In this document: positions 40,175 through 51,776 of the stretch, in pieces
Numbering within the stretch: the first letter of the stretch is position 1
How the letters are laid out: the number at the start of each line of letters is the position of its first letter
DNA from: Alphaproteobacteria bacterium
GTDB taxonomy: Bacteria > Pseudomonadota > Alphaproteobacteria > UBA828
DNA length: 64,000 bases
Direction of reading: 5' to 3'
Assembly (NCBI GenBank): GCA_963422645.2
Contig: CAXXVO010000008.1
Location: forward strand, 96,001 to 160,000
Program-made: the position numbers and the translations under genes
Notes under the pieces: generated by a model
What the model saw: only the letters and a program-made list of their open reading frames with translations
Database searches by the model: none
What the model was told of the DNA's origin: nothing

Positions 40175-42067
40175 ATGGTTGCTCTCGATCGCGAGGCCCG
40201 CGTGCGAGGCGCGGGAGAACGCTCGCACCTGCACACCATCCGCACGCTGCTGCCCTATCTCTGGCCGCGCGGCTCGCTGGAGATGCGGGGCCGCGTGCTG
40301 CTGGCGATCTTCCTTCTCATCGGCGCCAAGGTAGCGAACGTCTACGTGCCGATCCTCTACAAGGATGCGGTCGATATCCTCACGGACGACACGGCGGCGG
40401 TCATCGTGGTGCCGGTGGCAATTCTGCTCGCCTACGGCGCGCTCCGGGTGCTCACGGTTGCCTTCGGGGAGCTGAGGGATGCGGTCTTCGCCAAGGTGGG
40501 CGAGCGCGCGATCCGCACCGTGGCGCTGCGGGTGTTCAACCATCTGCACGAGCTCTCGCTCCGCTTCCACATCGAGCGGCGCACTGGCGGCTTGAGCCGC
40601 GCCATCGAGCGCGGCATCAAGGGGATCGAGTTCCTGCTCACCTTCATGCTCTTCAACATCCTGCCGACCCTGGTGGAGGTCACCATGGTCTGCGGCATCC
40701 TCTGGTACCTCTACGGCATCATTTATGCGGCGGTGACCTTCGTCACCATCGGCCTCTATATCGCCTTCACCCTCTCGGTCACCGAATGGCGGCTGAAGTA
40801 CCGCCGGCGCATGAACGAGAAGGACAGCGAGGCCAACACCAAGGCGATCGACAGCCTGCTCAACTACGAGACGGTCAAGTATTTCGGCAACGAGATGCAC
40901 GAGGCGCGGCGCTTCGACATCTCCCGCCAGCAGTACGAACGGGCGGCGGTCCAGAGCAAGACCAGCCTTTCGCTGCTCAACATCGGCCAGGGGCTGATCA
41001 TCGCGATCGGGCTCACCGGCATCACGATCATGGCCGGCAACGAGGTCGCCGCCGGCACCATGACCATCGGCGACTTCGTGCTGGTGAACACTTACCTGCT
41101 CCAGCTCTATATCCCGTTGAATTTCCTGGGCTTTGTTTATCGCGAGATCAAGCAGTCGCTCACCGACATGGAGACGATGTTCGGCATCCTCTCGGTGGAA
41201 CGCGAGGTCGAGGACGCGCCGGACGCGCCGCCGCTCCAGGTCAGCGCCGGGGCCATCGAGTTCGAGGGTGTGCGCTTCCGCTACGAGGAGCGGCGCGGCA
41301 TCCTCGACGGCATCTCGTTCAGCGTGCCGCCGGGCACGAACACGGCCATCGTGGGCGCGAGCGGGGCCGGCAAGTCGACCATCTCGCGCATCCTCTTCCG
41401 CTTCTACGATATCGAGGCCGGCAGCGTCCGGATCGACGGCCAGGACGTGCGTGAGGTGAGTCAGGAGAGCCTGCGCGCGGCCATCGGCATCGTGCCGCAG
41501 GACACGGTGCTCTTCAACGACACGATCTACTACAACATCGCCTACGGCCGGCCCGAGGCAAGCCGAGAAGAGGTGGAGGAGGCCGCGCGGCTCGCCCGCA
41601 TCCACGACTTCATCGCGAGCCTCCCCGACGGTTACGAGAGCATGGTCGGCGAGCGCGGCCTCAAGCTCTCGGGGGGTGAGAAGCAGCGGGTGGCGATTGC
41701 GCGCACGATCCTCAAGAATCCCCGTATTCTGCTCTTCGACGAGGCCACCTCGGCCCTCGATTCGCAGACCGAGAAGGAGATTCAGGCGAGTCTGCGGGAG
41801 GTCAGCCGCGACCGCTCGACGCTCATGATCGCGCACCGCCTTTCCACCGTCATCGACGCCGACCAGATTCTGGTGCTGGACGAAGGGCGCATCGTCGAGC
41901 GCGGCCGCCACGCGGAGCTGCTGGTGCGCGATGGCCACTACGCCGAGATGTGGTGGCGCCAGCAGGAAACCGCCGAGCTCAGGGAGGAGCTTGAGCAACG
42001 CCTCGCCCACGAGGAAGCCCGAACCGAGGAGGCGATGGCTCTGCCCGACGAGGAGCCGACAGCTTGA
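40175..42067 (+). CDS. ATM1/AtmA-type ABC half-transporter
   Basis: LSLRFH..RRTG, DSLLNYETVKYF, PLNFLG.VYREI; GASGAGKST, LSGGEKQR, DEATSALD. Confidence 0.93.
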   Translation: MVALDREARVRGAGERSHLHTIRTLLPYLWPRGSLEMRGRVLLAIFLLIGAKVANVYVPILYKDAVDILTDDTAAVIVVPVAILLAYGALRVLTVAFGELRDAVFAKVGERAIRTVALRVFNHLHELSLRFHIERRTGGLSRAIERGIKGIEFLLTFMLFNILPTLVEVTMVCGILWYLYGIIYAAVTFVTIGLYIAFTLSVTEWRLKYRRRMNEKDSEANTKAIDSLLNYETVKYFGNEMHEARRFDISRQQYERAAVQSKTSLSLLNIGQGLIIAIGLTGITIMAGNEVAAGTMTIGDFVLVNTYLLQLYIPLNFLGFVYREIKQSLTDMETMFGILSVEREVEDAPDAPPLQVSAGAIEFEGVRFRYEERRGILDGISFSVPPGTNTAIVGASGAGKSTISRILFRFYDIEAGSVRIDGQDVREVSQESLRAAIGIVPQDTVLFNDTIYYNIAYGRPEASREEVEEAARLARIHDFIASLPDGYESMVGERGLKLSGGEKQRVAIARTILKNPRILLFDEATSALDSQTEKEIQASLREVSRDRSTLMIAHRLSTVIDADQILVLDEGRIVERGRHAELLVRDGHYAEMWWRQQETAELREELEQRLAHEEARTEEAMALPDEEPTA

Positions 42068-43062
42068 GCGCGCGCCCGCACGGCCCCGGCCGGATACCGC
42101 AGATCGCCGATATCCTTGGTGGGGACCGGCGGGCGCTGGCTGCGGCGATCACCCTCATCGAGTCGACCCGGGAGGAGGACCGCGAAGCGGCCGAGGACCT
42201 GCTTCAAGCGTTGCTGCCGCACGCGGGCAAGGCCGTGCGGCTCGGCATTTCAGGCGCGCCGGGAGTCGGAAAATCGACCTTCATCGAGGCCTTCGGCACG
42301 CGCGCCATCGCGGCCGGCCGCAGGATCGCGGTGCTCGCGATCGACCCCTCCAGCGAGCGCTCCGGCGGCTCGATCCTGGGCGACAAGACGCGGATGCCCG
42401 AGCTCGCGCGGAGCGAGAAGAGCTTCATACGGGCCTCACCGGCGAGCGGCACGCTGGGCGGGGTCGCCCGGCGCACACGCGATGTCATGCTCGCTTGCGA
42501 GGCTGCGGGCTTCGACCTCGTGATGGTCGAGACCGTCGGCGTCGGCCAGTCCGAGGCTGCCGTCGCCGACATGACGGATCTTTACATGCTGCTGGTGCAG
42601 CCCGGCGCCGGCGACGAGCTGCAGGGCATCAAGCGCGGCGTAATGGAGCGCGCCGACATCGTCGTCGTCACCAAGGCCGACGGCGCGCTCGAAGGACCCG
42701 CCACCCACGCCAAGGCGGACTTCGAGGCGGCGCTTTCGCTCCACGCGGGCGAAGGGCCCTGGACGCCCTGCGTCATCGCCTGCTCGTCGGTGGAAGGAAC
42801 CGGCCTCGACGAGATCGCGGACGCGGTGGAGCGACACCGAGTGGCGATGGCGAAAGCCGGCGCGCTTGAGGCCAAGCGGGCCGCCCAGGCCGGGGCATGG
42901 CTCTGGCGCGAGGTCGAGGACTCCCTCGTGGCGGCGCTCCACGCCGACGAGCGGCTGGCGCCCGCGGTCGAGGCGTCGGAGGCCGAAGTGACGGCGCAGA
43001 CGCTCACGCCCGGCGCCGCCGCCCGCCGCATCGTCCGGCGCCTTCTGGAGCGCGACAAATAG
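42064..43062 (+). CDS. meaB: Methylmalonyl-CoA mutase GTPase chaperone
   Basis: GISGAPGVGKST, AIDPSS..SGGSILGDKTRM, ETVGVGQSE, GDELQGIKRG; TTG start overlapping the upstream stop. Confidence 0.95.
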   Translation: MSARPHGPGRIPQIADILGGDRRALAAAITLIESTREEDREAAEDLLQALLPHAGKAVRLGISGAPGVGKSTFIEAFGTRAIAAGRRIAVLAIDPSSERSGGSILGDKTRMPELARSEKSFIRASPASGTLGGVARRTRDVMLACEAAGFDLVMVETVGVGQSEAAVADMTDLYMLLVQPGAGDELQGIKRGVMERADIVVVTKADGALEGPATHAKADFEAALSLHAGEGPWTPCVIACSSVEGTGLDEIADAVERHRVAMAKAGALEAKRAAQAGAWLWREVEDSLVAALHADERLAPAVEASEAEVTAQTLTPGAAARRIVRRLLERDK

Positions 43063-43150
43063 AGCCCGAGAGCATCCCGCCGGGCGCGCCTGTTCGGATG
43101 GGAGAGCCTTAAGGCCCCCTTCTCACCGATGTCTTGGTGGGAGTTTGGGG

Positions 43151-44137
<987 letters not shown>

Positions 44138-44187
44138 CTAGTGTCGTGGCCCGGAACCAAAGACGAGAAGCTCCGGGCTCTCCTTCA

Positions 44188-44277
44188 CGTCATGGCCGGG
44201 CTTGTCCCGGCCATCCACGAGACCACCCCGACCGTGCCCGTCGCGACAAGATGCCCGGATCAAGTCCGGGCATGACG
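44188..44277. repeat. Alphaproteobacterial palindromic intergenic repeat (REP-like)
   Basis: CGTCATGGCCGGGCTTGTCCCGGCCATCC ... GATGCCCGGATCAAGTCCGGGCATGACG: two hairpins in inverted arrangement. Confidence 0.8.
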
Positions 44278-44320
44278 AAGGGAGGCCAATGCTACTCATG
44301 CGTTTTTCCGGGACGCGACA

Positions 44321-45100
44321 CTAGCGGCGGGCGACCATCATCTTCTTGATCTCGGCGATCGCCTTTGCCGGGTTCAGGTGCTTCGGGCAGGTCCGGGTGC
44401 AGTTCATGATGGTGTGGCAGCGGTAGAGCCGGAAGGGGTCCTCCAGCTCGTCGAGCCGCTCGCCCGTTCCCTCGTCGCGGCTGTCGGCGAGCCAGCGGTA
44501 CGCCTGGAGCAGGGTCGCGGGACCCAGGTAGCGATCGCTGTTCCACCAGTAGCTCGGGCAGCTGGTCGAGCAGCAGGCGCAGAGGATGCACTCGTAGAGG
44601 CCGTCGAGCTTCTCGCGGTCCTCCGGCGCCTGCAGCCGCTCGGTCGACGAGGGCGGCGCGGTATCCGTCTTCATCCAGGGCTCGATGGAGGCGTACTGGG
44701 CGTAGAAGTCCGCCATGTCGGGCACCAGGTCCTTGACCACCGGCATGTGCGGCAGCGGGTAGATGCGCACCTCGCCCTTCACCTCGTCGATGGGCTTGAT
44801 GCAGGCCAGCGTGTTGGTGCCGTCGACGTTCATGGCGCAGGAGCCGCAGATCCCCTCGCGGCAGCTGCGGCGGAAGGTGAGCGTCGCGTCCACCTCGTTC
44901 TTGATCTTGATGAGGGCGTCCAGGACCATCGGCCCGCAGCGGTCGAGATCGAGATCGTAGGTGTCCGTGCGCGGGTTCTCGCTGCTGTCGGGATCGTAGC
45001 GGTAGATCTTGAAGCGCCGGGCCTTGCCCGCGCCCGCCTCGGCGGGGAAGTGCTTGCCCTTACCTATCTTGGAGTTCTGCGGGAGCGTGAGTTGCGCCAT
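44321..45100 (-). CDS. sdhB: Succinate dehydrogenase iron-sulfur subunit
   Basis: [35 protein letters not shown]. Confidence 0.97.
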   Translation of the reverse strand: MAQLTLPQNSKIGKGKHFPAEAGAGKARRFKIYRYDPDSSENPRTDTYDLDLDRCGPMVLDALIKIKNEVDATLTFRRSCREGICGSCAMNVDGTNTLACIKPIDEVKGEVRIYPLPHMPVVKDLVPDMADFYAQYASIEPWMKTDTAPPSSTERLQAPEDREKLDGLYECILCACCSTSCPSYWWNSDRYLGPATLLQAYRWLADSRDEGTGERLDELEDPFRLYRCHTIMNCTRTCPKHLNPAKAIAEIKKMMVARR

Positions 45101-45120
45101 CGATCAACCTTGCCGGGGCT

Positions 45121-46914
45121 CTAGTAGACCCGTGCCTTGAGAGGAATGGTCTCGACCTCGTTGCTGAGCGTCTGCATGTGCACCGGCCGGTAGTCGAGCC
45201 TGGTCACGCCGTCGTCGTCGAGCCAGGCGACGGTGTGCTTGAGCCACTTGTCGTCGTCGCGGTCCGGGAAATCCTCGCGGGCATGCGCCCCGCGGCTTTC
45301 CTCGCGCTTGAGCGCCGAGTGGAGGGTGACGCTCGCCTGGCGCATCAGATTGTCGAGCTCGATGGTCTCGGCGAGGTCGGAGTTCCAGATCAGCGAGCGG
45401 TCGGCGACGCCGATGTCGTTGCGGAACCCGTCCCAGACCCCGCCCAGCTTGCGCGCGCCTTCCTCCATGATCTCGCGGGTGCGGAAGACGCCGGCGTGCT
45501 CCTGCATGGTGCGCTGCATGTCGAGCCGGATCGCCGCCGTGGGCGTCTCCCCCTTGGCGTGGCGCAGCCGGTCGAACCAGTCGAGGCTCTTGTCGAGCAC
45601 GCCCTTCTGCATCGGCTTGTGCGGCGCGCCGGCCTCGACGATCTCGGCGCAGCGCTGCGCCGCCGCACGGCCGAAGACCACGAGGTCGAGCAGGGAGTTC
45701 GACCCCAGCCGGTTGGCGCCGTGGACGGAGACGCAAGCGCCTTCCCCCACCGACATCAGGCCGGGGACCACGGAATTGGGGTCACCGTCCCTCACCGTCA
45801 CCGTCTCGCCGGTGTAGATGCAGGGGACGCCGCCCATGTTGTAGTGAACGGTGGGGATTACCGGGACCGGCTCCTCCAAGGGTTCGACGCCGGCGAAGAT
45901 GCGGGCCGTCTCGGTGATGCCGGGGAGGCGCTCGTTCAACACCTCGGCGCCGAGATGGTCCATCTTCAGGTGCATGTGGTCCTTCTCGGGCCCACAGCCG
46001 CGCCCTTCGCGGATCTCCATGGTGATCGCGCGGCTGACCACGTCGCGTGAGGCAAGGTCCTTGGCGTTGGGCGCATAGCGCTCCATGAAGCGCTCGCCTT
46101 CGGAGTTGATCAGGTAGCCGCCTTCGCCCCGCGCGCCCTCGCTCATCAGGCAGCCGGAGCCGTAGATGCCCGTGGGGTGGAACTGCACGAACTCCATGTC
46201 CTGCAGCGGCAGCCCTGCGCGCAGCGCCATGGCGTTGCCGTCGCCCGTGCAGGTGTGGGCCGAGGTCGCGGAGAAGTAGGCGCGGCCGTAGCCGCCGGTC
46301 GCCAGGATCACCATGTGGGCGCGGAAGAGATGGAGCGTGCCGTCGTCCAGGTTCCAGGCGAGTACGCCTTGGCACGCGCCTTCCTCGTCCATCACCAGAT
46401 CGAGGGCGAAATACTCGATGAAGAACGCCGCCTTGTGGCGCAGCGACTGCTGGTAGAGCGTGTGGAGGATGGCATGACCGGTGCGGTCGGCAGCGGCGCA
46501 GGTGCGGTGCGCCTGCTTCTCGCCGTAGTTGAGGGACATGCCGCCGAAGGCGCGCTGGTAGATCTTGCCGTCCGGCGTGCGCGAGAAGGGCACGCCGTAG
46601 TGCTCCAGCTCGATGACCGCGCGCGGGCCCTCCTTGCACAGGTATTCGATCGCGTCCTGGTCGCCCAGCCAGTCCGACCCCTTGACGGTGTCGTACATGT
46701 GCCAGCGCCAGTCGTCCTCCTCCATGTTGCCGAGCGCGGCCGAGATGCCGCCTTGCGCGGCCACCGTGTGGCTGCGGGTGGGGAAGAGCTTGCTGATGCA
46801 GGCAGTTTGCAGGCCGGCTTCGGCGAGACCCAGAGTCGCGCGCAGGCCGGCGCCGCCCGCGCCCACTACCACCACGTCATCATGGTGCTCGGCGATCGGG
46901 TAGGCGGCGGTCAT
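45121..46914 (-). CDS. sdhA: Succinate dehydrogenase flavoprotein subunit
   Basis: [45 protein letters not shown]. Confidence 0.97.
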   Translation of the reverse strand: MTAAYPIAEHHDDVVVVGAGGAGLRATLGLAEAGLQTACISKLFPTRSHTVAAQGGISAALGNMEEDDWRWHMYDTVKGSDWLGDQDAIEYLCKEGPRAVIELEHYGVPFSRTPDGKIYQRAFGGMSLNYGEKQAHRTCAAADRTGHAILHTLYQQSLRHKAAFFIEYFALDLVMDEEGACQGVLAWNLDDGTLHLFRAHMVILATGGYGRAYFSATSAHTCTGDGNAMALRAGLPLQDMEFVQFHPTGIYGSGCLMSEGARGEGGYLINSEGERFMERYAPNAKDLASRDVVSRAITMEIREGRGCGPEKDHMHLKMDHLGAEVLNERLPGITETARIFAGVEPLEEPVPVIPTVHYNMGGVPCIYTGETVTVRDGDPNSVVPGLMSVGEGACVSVHGANRLGSNSLLDLVVFGRAAAQRCAEIVEAGAPHKPMQKGVLDKSLDWFDRLRHAKGETPTAAIRLDMQRTMQEHAGVFRTREIMEEGARKLGGVWDGFRNDIGVADRSLIWNSDLAETIELDNLMRQASVTLHSALKREESRGAHAREDFPDRDDDKWLKHTVAWLDDDGVTRLDYRPVHMQTLSNEVETIPLKARVY

Positions 46915-46918
46915 GCGC

Positions 46919-47302
46919 TTACCCCTGCACCGCAATCAGGATCACGGAGTAGAGCGAGGCGAGGCAGAGCACGAGGCAGAGCAGCGTGTTGAGGATCAGC
47001 AGCACCCACTTGCACTTGCCGTGCACGTAATCCTCGATCACCACCTGGAGGCCGAGCTTCAGGTGATAGAAGGTGGCGCCCAGGAAGAGCAGCATCAGCA
47101 CCGCCGCGACCGGGCCGGAGAGCCAGTCGACGAAGTCGTCGCGGTCCGCACCCGCGGCAACGAGCGACCAGAGCGAGCCCACGAACCAAAGCGAGAGCGG
47201 CACCAGCAGGATCGCGGTGAGCCGTTGCCACCACCAGTGGTTGACTCCTTCCTTGGCGGAGCCCAGATGGCGCACCTTGGCGAGTGGGGTCTGCAGTGCC
47301 AT
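46919..47302 (-). CDS. sdhD: Succinate dehydrogenase membrane anchor
   Basis: [27 protein letters not shown]. Confidence 0.95.
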   Translation of the reverse strand: MALQTPLAKVRHLGSAKEGVNHWWWQRLTAILLVPLSLWFVGSLWSLVAAGADRDDFVDWLSGPVAAVLMLLFLGATFYHLKLGLQVVIEDYVHGKCKWVLLILNTLLCLVLCLASLYSVILIAVQG

Positions 47303-47310
47303 GGCGTGCC

Positions 47311-47727
47311 TCAGCCGGCCAGATTGCAGGCGAGGCCGAGGCCCCATGAGAGCCCGGTCAGCACGAACGAAGCCACCACAACGGCAATGCCCGAGCCGTA
47401 GGTCTCGCGGAGCGAGAGGCACATGCCGGCATCCCAGAACAGGTGCCGGACGCCGTTGCAGAGATGATAGAAGAGGCACCATGACCAGGCCGCCAGCAGC
47501 GCGTAGCCGAGCCACGAGGTCAGAAACCACTCGGTCCAGGCGTAGTAGCGCTCGCCTGCGGCGGCGGTCAGCAGCCAGGCGCAGAGCATCGCAGCACCGG
47601 ACGCCAGGATCACGCCGGTCATCCGGTGCAGGATCGAGAGCACCGAGGTGAGCTGCGGCCGATAGATGGTGAGGTGGGGCGAGATCGGCCGCGCGCGGGT
47701 TCCACTACCGCTTGATTGATCTGCCAC
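47311..47727 (-). CDS. sdhC: Succinate dehydrogenase cytochrome b556 subunit
   Basis: RPISPHLTIYRPQ, SILHRMTG, HLCNGVRHLFWD; GTG start inferred. Confidence 0.94.
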   Translation of the reverse strand: MADQSSGSGTRARPISPHLTIYRPQLTSVLSILHRMTGVILASGAAMLCAWLLTAAAGERYYAWTEWFLTSWLGYALLAAWSWCLFYHLCNGVRHLFWDAGMCLSLRETYGSGIAVVVASFVLTGLSWGLGLACNLAG

Positions 47728-48115
47728 GAATTCGCCCCCGAAATCCGGCCCTGAGGCGGGCTGTACCACTGCGCGATTTAGCCCCGGAGGCGCAACAAAG
47801 TCAACGCGGGCGCAGCCTCGCCCTAACCCGCACTTCTCACCACGGTCATGGTCTGCGCAGCGCTGTCCGGCCGACAGGGTAGGAACGGCGCGCAGCGTGA
47901 TGCGGGGACATCGGGCAAGCGTCGTGACGCACGCTGTCGGCCGGAGAGCGCCGCCCTTCGGGTCGCGCCCAGGCGCCCGCCCGGGTCGCGCGTCCACGCG
48001 CGCGGAGCACACGATGCGGGCCTCAACCGTATTCCCTGATACGCCTTTCGGCCCACTCCTGGCGGATCGAACGCCTGGGTGCGACGCAGGCCGTGACCCT
48101 GGTGGGAAATGCGGG

Positions 48116-48514
48116 CTAGCGATCGAAGTGATAGACGATCTGGTCGAAGCGGTCGCGCGGGAAGGCGAACAAGAAGACCAGCGGGTCCGCGCTCGTGCAG
48201 CGGATGGCGTGCTTGGCGTTCGGCGGGATGTAGACCGCGCAGCCGGGCCCCACGACGTGCGTGCGACCCTCGATCTCCATCTCCCCGCGGCCGCTCATGA
48301 TGTAATAGGTCTCGGCAGGCTCGTGGTGGTGGCGCATGAGCTCGGCGCCGGGCGCTACTTCGGCGATCCCGGTGATGAGGCCGCCGCTTGGCGTGTGCTC
48401 GCCGGCTATCAGCAGCTTCCAGCGGATTCCGGTGCCTGTGGCGAGGTTGGCCTCCTCACCGCCTTCCCATTCGAAATCGGCCTGGTCGACAACTGCGGGT
48501 CTCGGAGCGGTCAT
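48116..48514 (-). CDS. Cupin-domain protein
   Basis: H.H...E.YYI.SG.G and VYIP.NA.H cupin motifs. Confidence 0.85.
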   Translation of the reverse strand: MTAPRPAVVDQADFEWEGGEEANLATGTGIRWKLLIAGEHTPSGGLITGIAEVAPGAELMRHHHEPAETYYIMSGRGEMEIEGRTHVVGPGCAVYIPPNAKHAIRCTSADPLVFLFAFPRDRFDQIVYHFDR

Positions 48515-48557
48515 CGGCCCCTCCCTTGCCGGTGGGCAATACGAGCGCCCTGGCTCG

Positions 48558-49514
48558 TCAATCGATCCGGTTGCACGCGTTCACCGGCGCATCGCCGGCG
48601 AGCACGCGCACCACTTCCTCCGCGCCCCGCTGCCTGAGCTCGGCCAGCGAGGCATCGGAGGAGAAGGCCACGTGCGGCGTCGCGATCACGTCGGCGCGGG
48701 CGACGAGGGCTGCGGGCGGGCTCGGCTCGCCCTCCACCACGTCGAGGCCGGCGCCGGCGAGCCGGCCGGCCTTCAGCGCCTCGATCAGCGCATCGTTGTC
48801 GACCACCGGCCCGCGGCTCACGTTGATGAGGAAGGCGCCCGGCTTGACGCCGGCGAGGAACGCCGCGTCCACCAGGTGGTGCGTCGCGTCGGTGAGCGGC
48901 AGGTGGACGACGATGATGTCGGAGTCCGCGGCGAGGCGGTCGAGCCCGACCATGCGCACCGGCACGGAGTCCGGCGGCGCGGCGATATCGTGGCCCATCA
49001 CGGTCATGCCGAGGGCATCCAGCTTGCGCGCGGTGCAGCGCCCGATCCGCCCCATCCCAAGGATGCCGGCGGTCAGTGTCGCGCCCCGGCGTAGGCGCGC
49101 GCCGGAGGGGTCCCACTGACCCGTCTTCACGGCGCGGTCGAATTGGACGACGCCGCGAAACCAGGCATAGGCCATGGCCACTGCGTGGTCCGAGACCTCT
49201 TCGACGCAATAATCCGGCACGTTGGCGACCCAGGTGCCGCGTGCGGTCGCCGCGTCCATCGCGATGTTGTCGAGCCCGACGCCCAGTCGCTGCACAATCT
49301 TGAGCGCCGAGGGGCCCGCGATCGCGGCGGCGGAAATTTGGGCCCAGCAGGTAAGGATCGCGGCGGGGTCGTGCTCGTCCACCATGGCTTCGACCGCCTC
49401 CGCCGGGCTCGGCTCGGAAGGGCCGGTTACCAGCGTGTGGCCGGCGCCTTCGATCACCGTGCGCTCGATGCTGACATCGGGCCAAGCGAAGTCTGTCTGC
49501 AGTACGGTCGCCAT
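48558..49514 (-). CDS. D-isomer-specific 2-hydroxyacid dehydrogenase (CtBP-like)
   Basis: GVGLDNI, NVPDYC..EVSDH, GMGRIG, INVSRG, GLDVVEGEP, TPHVAF. Confidence 0.92.
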   Translation of the reverse strand: MATVLQTDFAWPDVSIERTVIEGAGHTLVTGPSEPSPAEAVEAMVDEHDPAAILTCWAQISAAAIAGPSALKIVQRLGVGLDNIAMDAATARGTWVANVPDYCVEEVSDHAVAMAYAWFRGVVQFDRAVKTGQWDPSGARLRRGATLTAGILGMGRIGRCTARKLDALGMTVMGHDIAAPPDSVPVRMVGLDRLAADSDIIVVHLPLTDATHHLVDAAFLAGVKPGAFLINVSRGPVVDNDALIEALKAGRLAGAGLDVVEGEPSPPAALVARADVIATPHVAFSSDASLAELRQRGAEEVVRVLAGDAPVNACNRID

Positions 49515-49598
49515 GGATTTCCTCCCTCATGCCGTGGGCGTGCCACCACCGATTCGCCCATCCTAACCCGCAAGTCTCATCTCGGTCGCGGCGGAAAG

Positions 49599-51486
49599 GT
49601 AACTGCCCAGGTTCTTGCTGTGAAAATTCTCTGGGATTCGGCACAACGCTACCCACGCGACGCCCGTGTGCTCCTCTGTGGTCGCCGGGTTTCACAGCTC
49701 ACGATGCCCCTCTTGCGGACTGCGACCGGTAAGCTACCCCGATGTGGCCCGAAGTCCGCCCGCGCGACGGGCACCGATTTTCATTCTATGGGGTGGTCCA
49801 GCACGGCGTCGACCATGATCGTTTATGAGAATGGCTCCGCTGTTGGAGAACCCGTGCCAGGTGAGCTTACGCGCACTTGACGGTGGCGATGAGCCGATCC
49901 GATGGGCTGGTCAGGGCTTCGATGATATTCCAGCCCTGCTTTCTGGCGGTGGTGATGACGCTGCGCAGGATGGCGAAGTTCTCGGCCCCCTGCGCGGACC
50001 GGAAGCCCCCGGAGATCTTCTGGCGCAGCTTCATCATCCGAAGGTCGCGCTCGGCCTCGTTGTTCGTGAACCCGACCTCGAGGTCGATCAGGAACCGGAG
50101 CACCGCGCATTTGTGGTCGCGCAGCCTCAAGGCCAGATTGTGACCGATCCTTCGCTTCCGGCGCTTCTTCCTCTTGCCAGGCGAGAACGGTGGTTGGCTC
50201 TCGTGAAAGGCCAGCGCATCGGCGATGATCTCGTCGTATCGGCGCTCGATCAGCGCCACAAGCCTCGCCGGAACGGCGATATCCTTGTCCAGCGCGATGC
50301 GGGCGGCGCGATTGGCTCGGCGCAGGAGCTGCTGCATCCGCCGGGCCCAAGCCTCCCCTTCGATGTCCACCAGCGCCTGCAACTCCCGCAGGTGATGGGC
50401 GTTGCACAGGCCGTGCTCCACCCCTTCCATCGCGAAGTACGGCTTCCAGTGATCGTGCACGACGATGCCGGAGACACCCGAGAGCAGGGCGCCGCGCTTG
50501 CCGCTGACCCGGTACGCCGCCAGCAGCGGCGTGCAGATCACATGAAGCCACTGCGTCTGACCGCCGATCCGCAAGCCGGTCTCGTCCATGTGTTTCACCC
50601 GCGCCGTGCCCGCCGCCAGGTCCTGTATGTGCAAGGCCGCGTCCCGCAGCCGCTCGGCCGCCCTCTCGCTCATCGTCGCCAACGTCGCAGCCGTCACCGG
50701 CGCGCCGAAGAGCTCGGCCATCACCTGCGACAGCCGATCCTCCGGCAGGAAGTGAGCGTGCTGAAGGTAGACCGCCACCCCGGCAATGCGCGGGCCGTAC
50801 TGCACCGGCGCCGACACCCCGTCGGGGAACGCCGCCCGGGTCACCGTCCCGCAATGCCCGCAGCACTTGGCATGCGCCCGGTGCTCGGTCACCTCCAGGG
50901 GGCTCGGCTCGGGCAGATCGAACACCTGGCGGGCGACGGGCGTTCCCGCCCTGGCCGCGTCCGAAAGCGGCGAACCGCATCCCTTGCAGGAAGCCGGGAC
51001 GTGATCCTTCACCCGATCCGGGTGATCGGCGCGGCGCAGCGTCTTGCCCTTGTGGCCGGGCTGGCCACCGGGCTTGCGGCCCGATTTGCCGCGCAGGCTT
51101 CGGGTTCGCCGCTTCGAATTCGGCTTCCTCAGCCCATCGCTCGAAGGCGGCTTGCCGCTGTTGCCGCTGTTGAGGCCGAGACGGCGCTCCAACTCCTCGA
51201 TGCGCTCGACGAGACGCGCGACTTGCTCTTCCAGCCGCGCGTTCTGCTGCCGAAGCCAGGCATTTTCCTCCCGAAGCCGGGCGTTCTCCTCCTCCAGGCG
51301 GGCGATCTTCTGCGCGGGCGTTTCGGGCGCTGCTCCCGTCGAAGGGCCGCGCGGCGACTCGGGATTGCTCATGTCGTTGTTGAGTCATTTCCCGAAATTC
51401 CCGTCAAGCCCTTTCCACCAACTCCGAACGAGAAACGCCTCAATCCACTGGCCCAAAATGACAAATCAGACGACCTGGGCAGTTAC
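49599..51486 (-). mobile_element. IS66-family element, type A copy 3 (intact)
   Basis: Same IRs; 8-bp TSD GCGGAAAG at 49591-49598 and 51487-51494. Confidence 0.96.
49867..51372 (-). CDS. IS66-family transposase, intact 501 aa
   Basis: Single frame joining the coiled coil, zinc finger and DETG / HDH / NNEAERDLR catalytic region. Confidence 0.95.
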   Translation of the reverse strand: MSNPESPRGPSTGAAPETPAQKIARLEEENARLREENAWLRQQNARLEEQVARLVERIEELERRLGLNSGNSGKPPSSDGLRKPNSKRRTRSLRGKSGRKPGGQPGHKGKTLRRADHPDRVKDHVPASCKGCGSPLSDAARAGTPVARQVFDLPEPSPLEVTEHRAHAKCCGHCGTVTRAAFPDGVSAPVQYGPRIAGVAVYLQHAHFLPEDRLSQVMAELFGAPVTAATLATMSERAAERLRDAALHIQDLAAGTARVKHMDETGLRIGGQTQWLHVICTPLLAAYRVSGKRGALLSGVSGIVVHDHWKPYFAMEGVEHGLCNAHHLRELQALVDIEGEAWARRMQQLLRRANRAARIALDKDIAVPARLVALIERRYDEIIADALAFHESQPPFSPGKRKKRRKRRIGHNLALRLRDHKCAVLRFLIDLEVGFTNNEAERDLRMMKLRQKISGGFRSAQGAENFAILRSVITTARKQGWNIIEALTSPSDRLIATVKCA

Positions 51487-51574
51487 GCGGAAAGTACGGG
51501 GGGGGGGAGGCGTTCGAAGCGGAGTGTGGCCACCGCTGGCCGCCGGCGGCAGCATCAGCCGTCGCCGGCGGCCA

Positions 51575-51619
51575 AGGGGCGGGAACTGCGGGCAGGGAGG
51601 GACCCGGTCCCGCCCCTAC
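51575..51619. repeat. GTAG-type REP-like palindrome
   Basis: AGGGGCGGGA ... TCCCGCCCCTAC (minus strand starts GTAGGGGCGGGA). Confidence 0.45.
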
Positions 51620-51776
51620 CGACCGGGACTTGCCTTGCAATCCGTTCTTGGCGGAGCGGTTGGACGCTCGTTCCGCCAAATCTATGCAAGATCGGCCGGT
51701 GGGCGGCGAGTTTAGAGATGATACCGCCGATAGATAAATGCCAATAGAAATTTTATCGGCAGGCAATGAGAAATGC

